From IMG/VR virus record IMGVR_UViG_3300026549_000030, positions 177,997 through 241,996 of that record: a stretch of DNA of 64,000 nt; one strand, given 5' to 3'. The stretch is from a virus. Its lineage: Duplodnaviria > Caudoviricetes. Shown here piece by piece: positions 42,575 to 51,041 of this stretch. How positions within the stretch are numbered: position 1 is the first letter of the stretch; each line of letters opens with the position of its first letter. The notes beneath the pieces are model-generated. The model had not been told where the DNA came from, did no database searches, and saw only the letters and a program-made list of their open reading frames with translations. Made by a program: the position numbers and the translations under genes.

Positions 42575-42763
42575 ATGGCTAAATTTTCTGTTAAAGTGCA
42601 CTACGAAACTTTCTGCTATCGCGAGGTTGAGGCAGAAAACCGCAATGAAGCCTACGACAAGGCTTGTACAGCTATCGACGCGTCCACTGATGAGGAATTC
42701 GAGAAAGAAATCGTACGTAACCTCACCAACGTTCACGACCCAGAAATCTACAAAATAATCTAA
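42575..42763 (+). CDS. Small hypothetical protein
   Basis: Cassette gene. Confidence 0.6.
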   Translation: MAKFSVKVHYETFCYREVEAENRNEAYDKACTAIDASTDEEFEKEIVRNLTNVHDPEIYKII

Positions 42764-43287
42764 TGTAATTTATTGTACAAATCAATTTGACTAATGCTAA
42801 ATCCGTAAAAAGTTTCACCTCGCTTCATCGCCTTCATTAAATGTTCGCGTTTGCATCCGAAAAATTGCTCAGCAATGTATTGGTTATCGAATTTAATTTC
42901 AACACCTTCTTTCTTACAAATTATATGCTTTTCAGCAATTTTTCTTTGAGATTTTTTTACATGTTCCAAACTTAACGAATTATTTGAATTTTCTTTTGGC
43001 GATACCCATCTTAAGTTATCAACTGAATTATTTAAAATATCAGTATCAATATGATCAACGTTTGGCTTATTTTCCGGATTTGGTATGAAATATTGAGCAA
43101 CAAGACGATGTATTAAATGCCTTTCTACTACTTTCCCTTTTTTATACAATGCAATTTGTAAATATCCTTGAGATTGTTTTGCACCTTTAAGTTTTTTTAA
43201 ACCGCGATTTTTACCGCACATCTTATATACAAATCCATCATTCCCGATGTAATAATTTGTAAACCCAGTTATTTGTTTTATTTCCAT
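42760..43287 (-). CDS. HNH homing endonuclease (NUMOD4/HNH_3 type), antisense insertion
   Basis: IHRLVAQYFIPNPENKPNVDHIDTDILNNSVDNLRWV; AT-rich; the only minus-strand CDS in the block. Confidence 0.9.
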   Translation of the reverse strand: MEIKQITGFTNYYIGNDGFVYKMCGKNRGLKKLKGAKQSQGYLQIALYKKGKVVERHLIHRLVAQYFIPNPENKPNVDHIDTDILNNSVDNLRWVSPKENSNNSLSLEHVKKSQRKIAEKHIICKKEGVEIKFDNQYIAEQFFGCKREHLMKAMKRGETFYGFSISQIDLYNKLH

Positions 43288-43351
43288 AACATATCAAATA
43301 TACTAATAAATATCTAATTAAATCAAAATAAACTAATAAAATTTCACGAAT

Positions 43352-44221
43352 ATGGATACAATGTTACATTTCAACAACGATTCGCTTCACCGTCCTATGA
43401 CTAAGGACGAAATCCGTCAGAAGGCTCCCTACATTTTCGCAGAAGGTGCCACCAACCCCGGCGTGTCCGACAGGTACGTTTTCGCCAACACCGAGACGAT
43501 TATCGACGATATGGAGAAACTCGGGTGGGACGTGGTAGACTGCAAACAGCAGCGTCCGAACAAGCGCAGCAGTGTGCGAAGCTTCCATATGGTTGCCTTC
43601 CAGAACAAGAACGTCTATATCACCAAGACGAATGCCGACGGTACTGAGAGCATTGATTGCTTCCCTCGTATCATCCTCACCAACTCACACGACGGATTCA
43701 ACTCCTTTAAATTTATGGTAGGACTCTTCCGCCTCGTGTGCTCCAACGGACTCGTGGTTGCCACCGAAACCTTCGCCAACGTCGCAATCAGGCATATCAA
43801 CTATACCTTCGACGAACTCCGCGAAATCGTCGCCAAGGCAATCTTCAACGTTTCCGACAACATTAAGGTGATGAACGAAATGCAGAACACCGTTCTTACC
43901 TATGAGCAGAAACGCGCTCTCGCTAACGAGGCAATGCGTATCCGCAACAACAGTAGCGACGACGAGGACGAGAAGCCTGTCGAGCTCTCCGACGAGGACG
44001 CCGAGGATATCCTCTCTCCTCTCCGCGAAGAGGACAAGGGCGACGACCTGTGGACAGTGTTCAACCTCCTGCAGGAGAAAATCATCAAGGGCAGCTTCAA
44101 AATGCTCTCCCCCACCAACGGCAAGACGCGTAAAGCACGCCCTATCACGGGAGTCGCTCGTGACATTGAAATCAATCAGGCTCTGTTCCTGTATGCCTCC
44201 GAGCTCCGCCTCGCAGCATAA
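43352..44221 (+). CDS. DUF932/DUF945-family protein
   Basis: SDRYVF..TETII, PRIILTNSHDG..SFKF..GLFRLVCSNGLV, DLWTVFN..QE. Confidence 0.8.
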   Translation: MDTMLHFNNDSLHRPMTKDEIRQKAPYIFAEGATNPGVSDRYVFANTETIIDDMEKLGWDVVDCKQQRPNKRSSVRSFHMVAFQNKNVYITKTNADGTESIDCFPRIILTNSHDGFNSFKFMVGLFRLVCSNGLVVATETFANVAIRHINYTFDELREIVAKAIFNVSDNIKVMNEMQNTVLTYEQKRALANEAMRIRNNSSDDEDEKPVELSDEDAEDILSPLREEDKGDDLWTVFNLLQEKIIKGSFKMLSPTNGKTRKARPITGVARDIEINQALFLYASELRLAA

Positions 44222-44494
44222 CTCTCTCTACCTCAACCGAATTGGACTGCAGAAATGCAGTCCTTTTTTTTTTTTGTTGCCAAGCTTGCCGGTGTCGCCG
44301 CGAAGGTTTTATTATAGAATGTAGAAGCTGGTGACCCGAGCCTCTCCTCCTGGTGGTCTGCACGCTGTACATTCTATAAAAAAACAGAACAGTTCGCATC
44401 CACAAATAAATTTTCCTGTAAAAAAAAAATCGAAATAAATTTGGATATTAAATTTATTATCCCTATCTTTGCAACGTAATCAAAGAGAAACATT

Positions 44495-44815
44495 ATGAAG
44501 ACAATTACAGTTAAAATCAGTAAGGAAAAGAATTGGGCGGGTAACGAATACCTTATCTATTCTTCCGAACAGCACGGCAAGCTCGCAGAGGTTGACTATC
44601 CTATCAAGAGCGACCCGTACAGAAAACGTCCGCGTGTTTACGGTACAGAAGAAAACCCTGTCATTATCGAGGGTGCCAACGGTTGCAACTTCGTCGAATT
44701 TAGCGGTGTACCTCAGGCACTGGTTGGTGCCGAAACCCTGTGCAAGGGTATTCTCCATGGACGTGGCTACGAAACTGTAGTCTTCGACTATCCCCGAACC
44801 ATTAAAATGAAATAA
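44495..44815 (+). CDS. Hypothetical early protein
   Basis: Cassette gene. Confidence 0.65.
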   Translation: MKTITVKISKEKNWAGNEYLIYSSEQHGKLAEVDYPIKSDPYRKRPRVYGTEENPVIIEGANGCNFVEFSGVPQALVGAETLCKGILHGRGYETVVFDYPRTIKMK

Positions 44816-44816
44816 T

Positions 44817-45020
44817 ATGGCAAAGTTCAGAGTAACGCGCCCCGTAATTGTCACTACCACTGACATTTGGGAAGCAGAAAACGAGCAGGAAATTTGGGAC
44901 AGGCTCAACAATAAAAAGTCCCTCGCAGGTGAAATTTCAGAGTTGGGAATCGGAAATGTCCCTGACAGAACTGTCAAATACGAATTCCTCAACGACAAAG
45001 TAGAAAAGTTAAGCAATTAA
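44817..45020 (+). CDS. Small hypothetical protein
   Basis: Cassette gene. Confidence 0.55.
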   Translation: MAKFRVTRPVIVTTTDIWEAENEQEIWDRLNNKKSLAGEISELGIGNVPDRTVKYEFLNDKVEKLSN

Positions 45021-45032
45021 TTTTCGAATATT

Positions 45033-45452
45033 ATGTGCCTCTACATTAAAAAGGATACCAAGAGAATGCGTGCTGAGAATGACATTCTCGTATACAAGAA
45101 CCTCGACTACAGCCGCCGTACCGGGTATTGCACCCCTTATCAGTACATGCGTGTTGAATTCAACGAACTTGGGCGGGCTAAACTCACGAGCAAGATTGAA
45201 CGCATCAAGGGCGTTATCGACAGGGCTATCCACTCGTACTACAACGAAAAGATTGCAAAAGAAACTTCACTCGAGTCTAAGTACGATTACGGCACTCGTA
45301 CCAAGCTCGCAGTGATTCCCAAGGGTTCGCTCTACTACATAGGCGACGACGGAGATGTAGCCTCAACGCAGCTTTACATCTTCAAGACAAAGAAAGCCCT
45401 TGACGAGTGGAAAGAGGGAAGGGATCCGGGATTTGACAAAATTCCTGCATAA
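45033..45452 (+). CDS. Hypothetical protein, MCL-family paralog 3
   Basis: See 30620. Confidence 0.75.
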   Translation: MCLYIKKDTKRMRAENDILVYKNLDYSRRTGYCTPYQYMRVEFNELGRAKLTSKIERIKGVIDRAIHSYYNEKIAKETSLESKYDYGTRTKLAVIPKGSLYYIGDDGDVASTQLYIFKTKKALDEWKEGRDPGFDKIPA

Positions 45453-45528
45453 AAATTTGGATATTAAAAATTAATTCCCTATCTTTGCACCCGTAGACTC
45501 GAATGAGTATATTTTAAAGATTATTAAT

Positions 45529-45789
45529 ATGGAAAAGTTATATTCAGTCAAATTACCCTCAACAGGCAAGTATATACTGTGGTGCGATGAGCACTGGTAT
45601 GAAACCACCCCTGAGCCGTATCCTTTCTTTGAAAAGGAGCAGGCGGAAGCAATTGTCAAGCAGCTTCGGAACCACTACACATACAACGCTGTCGTGGTTG
45701 ACGCACAGGGCAACGAAATCAACAAACCCAAGGTATCTCCCATTAAGGAGTTCACCGAGGAAAAGAAATCATTCTTCAGGAAATTTTAA
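45529..45789 (+). CDS. Hypothetical early protein
   Basis: After a promoter. Confidence 0.6.
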   Translation: MEKLYSVKLPSTGKYILWCDEHWYETTPEPYPFFEKEQAEAIVKQLRNHYTYNAVVVDAQGNEINKPKVSPIKEFTEEKKSFFRKF

Positions 45790-45810
45790 CAATTAAAAAA
45801 ATTAAGCAAT

Positions 45811-46668
45811 ATGGAAACCAACAAGACTACCAAAAAGGACATTTATCAGATTGACCCGCGCAACATCGTCGTGCAGGAAGGCTTCAACTCCCGTGTCGAT
45901 TTCGGCGACATTGACGAGCTTGCCTCCCAGATTCGTGAACAGGGCGTTCTGAACCCTATCACCGTCATTCCTTTCACCACGGAAGATGGAGCCGAGAAAT
46001 ATCGCCTTGTGGATGGAGAGCGCCGCTACCGCGCAACTATGAAACTCATTGAAAGCGGATTCGAGATCCCGCGCATCCCCGCGCTCTTCCAGCCCAAGTC
46101 AACTTCCAAGGAGGATATGTTCATTCAGCAGCTTATGCGAAACGAGGGCAAGCCTTTCTCCGAGTACGAGTACGGTATCGCGTTCCAGAAGTTCCAGAAG
46201 TTCGGCTACAGCAACGCAGACATTGCCAAGAAGCTCGGCGTCAAGCAGTGGAAGGTTGACTGCTTCCTTGCCCACCTCAACCGTGACGAGAAGGTGCAGG
46301 AGCTTATGAAGGACGGGCGTATCACCGGTGTTGACGTGCGTCATATCTACCAGGCCGCCAAGAACGAGCAGGCAGCCGTCAAGGAAATCCTCAAGCTGGT
46401 TGACAAAGCTGAGGGTAAGGGTGAGAAGAAGGTATCCCTGAAGGACTTGGATATGGATTCCGCCTACAGTGTCGCCAAGGAAACCGCCGCCGTAAAGAAG
46501 GGCCTGGGCATTCTGTTCAACTACATTAAGACATACACCCACAACGGTGCTATCAACCTCGGTATCGGAGTGGACGATGTGTACACCGCAATCACAAAGG
46601 GCGGAAAGAACCTCAAAGAAGTGTTTGAGTCCGCACAGAGAACTGCAATGCAAAAGAAGGCAGAGTAA
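45811..46668 (+). CDS. ParB/Srx-family protein with an HTH
   Basis: IDELASQIREQGVLNPITV...YRLVDGERRYRA; SNADIAKKLGV HTH. Confidence 0.85.
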   Translation: METNKTTKKDIYQIDPRNIVVQEGFNSRVDFGDIDELASQIREQGVLNPITVIPFTTEDGAEKYRLVDGERRYRATMKLIESGFEIPRIPALFQPKSTSKEDMFIQQLMRNEGKPFSEYEYGIAFQKFQKFGYSNADIAKKLGVKQWKVDCFLAHLNRDEKVQELMKDGRITGVDVRHIYQAAKNEQAAVKEILKLVDKAEGKGEKKVSLKDLDMDSAYSVAKETAAVKKGLGILFNYIKTYTHNGAINLGIGVDDVYTAITKGGKNLKEVFESAQRTAMQKKAE

Positions 46669-47056
46669 AAGCTACTGATTAATCAGGAAAAGGAAGGTAT
46701 CACTACAGTGGTGCCTTTTTTTGTTTCCTGAAACTCGAAGTCGGTGAAGCCCTATATTCGTTAAAATACGCCGCACGCTCGCATCTGCAAATAAATCGAC
46801 GGTAAAAAAAAATGAAAATAAATTTTGATATTAAATTTATTTCATCTATCTTTGCATCAAATAAAGCAATATTATGAAAACATTTGAAGTAACACTTTTC
46901 GTATTGGGGCTGCCTTTTTCAAAGGAAAACACAAGGACAGTTGAAATAGAAGCTAATTCGCAGGAAGAAGCTGAACAGAAAGCCCACGATTGGTATGTAT
47001 CCGATGGGTGGGGAGTTTACGATTCCAAAGAAATAACCGAATAAAACAATAGTATT

Positions 47057-47560
47057 ATGAAAGAAAAAGCTGTACCTGTTGGTATATTCCAAAACGAAAT
47101 TTTCATTGCCCGTTATAAGGATGGAGAACTTTCTGCACTACCGTTCAATTTCGACGTTATCCGTCCTGTTGAGGCGAGCGTCCTCCAGGATCTCCGCGAC
47201 CCTGATTCTTACCAGGACTATTGCGAGGACTTGTGGAAAGGCGCAGTCCAAGCAGGGGCTACAAAGCTGGGACTTCGCGAATACGCGGAGCAGTGCATAG
47301 ACGAAGCAGATTGTCTAAACGACGATGAAGCTTTCCCTGGTAAGGACGATAGCGGTTGCGAGTATCTTACCCCGGAACTCAGAGAGGAAGCCGACAACTA
47401 CCTTTTGAACGAGTGCGGCGTTGAGGTTGGAACGTGGGAATGTTCAGGCTCTTTCTGCCCCAACTCTTTCTACAAGAACTTCAAGAAGTTCGACTATGTG
47501 TTCGACAACGATGCCGCCCGTAAAGCTGCAGAGGACTACTACAAGAAAATAGCTAAATAG
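47057..47560 (+). CDS. Hypothetical early protein
   Basis: Cassette gene. Confidence 0.7.
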   Translation: MKEKAVPVGIFQNEIFIARYKDGELSALPFNFDVIRPVEASVLQDLRDPDSYQDYCEDLWKGAVQAGATKLGLREYAEQCIDEADCLNDDEAFPGKDDSGCEYLTPELREEADNYLLNECGVEVGTWECSGSFCPNSFYKNFKKFDYVFDNDAARKAAEDYYKKIAK

Positions 47561-47850
47561 TGTTTTCCATATTTTTTGTTCAAAGAAGCAGTCTCATAAA
47601 TGAGGCTGTTTTTTTTGCTTCAGTACTTGCGGGTGCGGAGCCCGTGTATTTTTTAAGGAATATAATTACCTGGTTTACAGATAAAACCGTCTTGGCTACA
47701 GAACCAGCTTCCGCTGTCTACAGTATATTCGTTAAAATACGCCTCGACGCCGCACTGGCAAATTTAACTCATGAAATTAAATTGCAAAATAAATTTGGAT
47801 ATGAAATTTATTCTTCTTATATTTGCATTGAACAAAACACACATAGCAAT

Positions 47851-48093
47851 ATGGAAAAGGAAATTCAGAACATTTTAAGCGGCTACAAACGCATTGGTGC
47901 CACAAAGGTTAGCACGAGTAATAGCGGAGTTACAATCAACGCCCATGAAGCCACAAATGAGGTTATGGGGCTTGCATCCACTAAAATTCTCAACAAGTAT
48001 CCAGACTTTGAAATTATCTATTGGACGGGGCAGTTTCAGACTTGGGTATTCACCCGTAGGACACTTCGTTACGCAGGATATAACGTAAAATAA
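47851..48093 (+). CDS. Small hypothetical protein
   Basis: Start refined to lie after the promoter. Confidence 0.6.
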   Translation: MEKEIQNILSGYKRIGATKVSTSNSGVTINAHEATNEVMGLASTKILNKYPDFEIIYWTGQFQTWVFTRRTLRYAGYNVK

Positions 48094-48104
48094 CAAACAA
48101 GGCT

Positions 48105-48365
48105 ATGACAAAAGAAGAAACCCTTCAGGTAATCAACGAGATTATCGATGAATCCACAAAGGCTATGAAAGCCGAGGCAAAGCAGCTCCTTGACGCGCAG
48201 GAATGGGACTTTGACACTTTCAACGATAGGAACACCTTCGCCCGTACTGCAATGGAAGTTATCTTTGATAAGGAAAAGGCTCAGTACGCCGCTATCAACA
48301 ACACAAAGGCATACAAGCAGTTGAAAGCTAATCTCGCTTACGAACTCGCCTTTATCCACGTATAA
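48105..48365 (+). CDS. Small hypothetical protein
   Basis: Cassette gene. Confidence 0.6.
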   Translation: MTKEETLQVINEIIDESTKAMKAEAKQLLDAQEWDFDTFNDRNTFARTAMEVIFDKEKAQYAAINNTKAYKQLKANLAYELAFIHV

Positions 48366-48710
48366 CCTATTCCACAACCATTGAAATCCTGTACAAAAGT
48401 GCAGGATTTTTTTGTACCCGTACTTGCCGGTGCGACGAAGACAAGTTTATTAAGGAATATAAACCCGCGATCCATGCTGGTATCATCGCCTGCAGACCAG
48501 CGATCCATGCTGGTTGATATATTCGTTAAAATAACGCTTCCTCCCGCACCTGCAAGTATCCTCTCAATAAAGTGTTAAATTCTACACATTAGCCCCTGTT
48601 TTTGCCATTAACAGGTGTTTTTCTACACGTTATAAATTTCCTGAAATAAATTTGCAAATTAGAATTTAATTCACTATCTTTGTACTACAAGCAAGCAATA
48701 CTATGGAACC

Positions 48711-48840
48711 ACCTCAGTAGATAGTCATAGGGTATAAGGGGCTTAAAGGCGTCCCGAAAAGGGCTGGACGATTTAATCGTAATAGGAAGGAGTACACTCC
48801 AACCTACAAAAATCGGACGGGAGAGTAGACTCCAACCTGG
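48711..48840 (+). ncRNA. Candidate structured ncRNA, copy 1
   Basis: Homologous to 50639-50767; follows a TAtcTTTG promoter; no ORF. Confidence 0.6.
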
Positions 48841-48982
48841 TCATAACTCAACAAAAAAATTAAATTTCATTGTCGAATTTATTTGTCCGATCAGTCGTTC
48901 AATAATAAAAAAGTTCATAATTTTGCTTATTAAGGAAAAACGCCTATCTTTGCATTGTTAAACAAGTAAAGCAATACAATAT

Positions 48983-49210
48983 ATGGAAGATATTAAATTT
49001 CTCGACGTGGTTAAGTGGAACCACCCTATGAGCAAGCCTGAGAAGGACGACGTTATGGTAGTAGAGGACACAGACAAGGACGCTATCACCGTACGCCACC
49101 TGCAGGACAATAACATAACAACTGTTTTCGCCCGCGATTTGCGCGTTGTCGGACACTGCACTGCCTATGAGCCAATCGCCGATATCGTCGCCCGCTACGT
49201 GAGCAAATAG
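48983..49210 (+). CDS. Small hypothetical protein
   Basis: After a promoter. Confidence 0.6.
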   Translation: MEDIKFLDVVKWNHPMSKPEKDDVMVVEDTDKDAITVRHLQDNNITTVFARDLRVVGHCTAYEPIADIVARYVSK

Positions 49211-49257
49211 ACTCTTCTGAGTATATATTCCAAATAATATAACATAAATTTTAATAA

Positions 49258-49575
49258 ATGGATAAAAACACATTAATTAATCATATCAAAACAAGACTCC
49301 CAGAAAATCATACAGGAAGATTACATGCACTAATGCTGTTCTTCACAGAAGTAGAACTCGGCTATTCAAATACACCTAACAAATGGGTTAATACTTCAAA
49401 TATCGTGTACTTCAACGGAATCGACGCACTCAATGCCTATGCAAATACCCGGTGCCCCGCAAGCCAACTCGTAGAAGGAGATACACCTGAAGAACTAGCC
49501 GACAATATGATCCAAATGGTTCATAACTTCAACAACGAAGCCTGGCTCGAAACAGAACTCTACCCATATATGTAA
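49258..49575 (+). CDS. Hypothetical protein
   Basis: ORF flanked by ACTC-N4-GAGT motifs. Confidence 0.6.
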   Translation: MDKNTLINHIKTRLPENHTGRLHALMLFFTEVELGYSNTPNKWVNTSNIVYFNGIDALNAYANTRCPASQLVEGDTPEELADNMIQMVHNFNNEAWLETELYPYM

Positions 49576-49965
49576 TAGACTCGATTGAGTATAAATTTTA
49601 AATTTACAATATTATGACAGAACAAGAAATCAAACAGAAGGCAATTGAGATAGTCAAAAGTTACGGCTATCATGAGGGAGAAATAATCGACTACGACTAC
49701 GCCGTAGAAATGGTTGCCGAAGCCCTGTCAAAATAGCTGACTTTCATATTCCATATTGTTTCTTTCCCCACCGTTATTGCCCAATATAAATTTCGGTGGG
49801 ATTTTTTTTAATAAAAACCTGATAATAATAAATTATCTAATATTTTCCTGATAAATTAATTTCAGAGATTGCTCTTTCCCCATAGACTCGTTTGAGTATA
49901 TTTATACCCGAATACTGTATTTTTTTAAAATTATTTGTATATTCATTATAAAATGAATATAATAT

Positions 49966-50538
49966 ATGGAATGGAAAGAACACCCTACAATAGTAGGATA
50001 TTTGGCTAATGAAAATGGAGAAATTGCAAGAATTGATGAAACAAGTTTATTTCCTCTCGACACTTTAAATATCGTAAAACAAACACTAAATTCTAATGGA
50101 TATTTAATGTTTACATGCCATAAAAAATCAAAAATAGCACATAGATTTATTTATGAATGCTTTTACGGGCCAATAGAAAAAGGATTGGTAATAGGCCACA
50201 TTAATTGCAACAGAACTGATAATAGAATCGAAAATTTAAGAAAAGTCACGGCAAAAGAAAATAACTCTAATCCAATAACTGTTAAACGACAATTAGAAAT
50301 AAAGAGAGAAAAAAACGGGAAGAAAGTTTTAAAACGCGATAAAAAAACGGGAGAAATTCTTGGATACTACGAAAGCGTAAGACAAGCCGCAGAAGAAAAC
50401 GGTACTTTGCCTCAATATATCAGATGGGTATGCAACGGTAAAAAAGGATACTATAGCTCCGCAGGATATAAATGGGAATGGGCAAAATATAGATACTCCT
50501 GTAAATGGGGAAAATGGTGGATTAGTGGAGACTTATAA
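49966..50538 (+). CDS. HNH homing endonuclease with a C-terminal NUMOD1-like DNA-binding module
   Basis: AHRFIYECF...IGHINCNRTDNRIENLR; YESVRQAAEE...GYKW. Confidence 0.85.
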   Translation: MEWKEHPTIVGYLANENGEIARIDETSLFPLDTLNIVKQTLNSNGYLMFTCHKKSKIAHRFIYECFYGPIEKGLVIGHINCNRTDNRIENLRKVTAKENNSNPITVKRQLEIKREKNGKKVLKRDKKTGEILGYYESVRQAAEENGTLPQYIRWVCNGKKGYYSSAGYKWEWAKYRYSCKWGKWWISGDL

Positions 50539-50638
50539 AATTTTATCACATTGAAATACAACGTGATTTTTTTTTGCTTTTCTGAAATTTTCTTCCTATC
50601 TTTGTATTGCTGAACAGAAAGACAGTAGCTGTGAAGAA

Positions 50639-50767
50639 ACCTTGGTAAACAGTTATAGGGTATAAGGAATTTAAAGGCATTCCGAAAAGGGCTGGGTGAT
50701 TTTAATCGCATAGGAAGGAGTATACTCCGTCACGATTGATCACGCTGGAGCGTAGACTCCAATCTGG
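50639..50767 (+). ncRNA. Candidate structured ncRNA, copy 2
   Basis: Homologous to 48711-48840; follows a TAtcTTTG promoter; no ORF. Confidence 0.6.
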
Positions 50768-50873
50768 CCTAAAAAAAAATATAACATTTTCGGCAATAAA
50801 TCCGTTTTCCTGCCAATAATGTATAAATTTATATATAAAAAAATCCTCAGTAAAATTTACTGAAGATTCTATG

Positions 50874-50955
50874 TAGCGGGTGAGGGACTCGAACCCCCGA
50901 GGCTTGCGCATAGGCTTATGAGGCCTACAAGATGACCAACTTCTTACAACCCGCA
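50874..50955 (-). tRNA. tRNA with CAU anticodon (Met or Ile2), atypical; no encoded CCA
   Basis: TAGGC-CTCATAA-GCCTA anticodon arm; GGGGG-TTCGAGT-CCCTC T arm; GCGGGT/ACCCGC acceptor stem. Confidence 0.85.
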
Positions 50956-50967
50956 ATGTTATTTCTG

Positions 50968-51041
50968 AGCCGGTGGAGGGATTCGAACCCCCGACCCTCG
51001 CATTACAAGTGCGACGCTCTGGCCAACTGAGCTACACCGGC
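50968..51041 (-). tRNA. tRNA-Thr(UGU); no encoded CCA
   Basis: Canonical cloverleaf GCCGGTG...TCGCA-CTTGTAA-TGCGA...TTCGAAT...CACCGGC; Bacteroidetes-type promoter at about 51118-51150 (minus strand). Confidence 0.95.

Larger units (their letters stand above)
23888..48557. repeat. Dispersed intergenic 40-bp bipartite repeat, 39 copies: NNTTGYNNRTGY-N12-TWTWTTAAVGAATATA
   Basis: 20 forward copies start at 24224, 25087, 25752, 26413, 26539, 27322, 27547, 28859, 29672, 30404, 31154, 31895, 33012, 34689, 36602, 40126, 42027, 44284, 47625, 48422. 19 reverse copies start at 23888, 24109, 24984, 25884, 26319, 27226, 27455, 28763, 29796, 30504, 31987, 34781, 36705, 39077, 40220, 44368, 46753, 47724, 48518. 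Confidence 0.95.
27134..49897. promoter_or_regulatory. Dispersed palindrome TAG-ACTC-N4-GAGT, 9 intergenic copies
   Basis: ACTC starts at 27134, 28668, 32870, 35398, 41249, 45497, 49211, 49579, 49886. Confidence 0.75.
24345..50605 (+). promoter_or_regulatory. About 28 Bacteroidetes sigma-A-type promoters (TTTG-N19/21-TAnnTTTG), one per cassette
   Basis: Examples near 24345, 26650, 28950, 30566, 31246, 32056, 33134, 33739, 34851, 35432, 35938, 36786, 37451, 39139, 40289, 41206, 42129, 44440, 45456, 46824, 47793, 48651, 50597. Confidence 0.85.

Noticed and set aside
43281-43310. Possible self-target of the CRISPR spacer at the HNH gene start
   Set aside because: Only about 14 of the first 19 bases match, in AT-rich sequence, which is compatible with chance.
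23888-48557. The 40-bp repeats as a CRISPR array or dif/Xer sites
   Set aside because: They occur in both orientations, have an internal variable 12-mer, are irregularly spaced and are separated by genes. The resemblance of TATATTCGTTAAAAT to a XerD arm is partial, with no XerC arm at 6-bp spacing.
50639-50873. Theta/HDV-like ribozyme downstream of the tRNAs
   Set aside because: On the tRNA strand the 3' flank is a simple terminator hairpin; the conserved element has its own plus-strand promoter and no HDV-like fold that I could identify.
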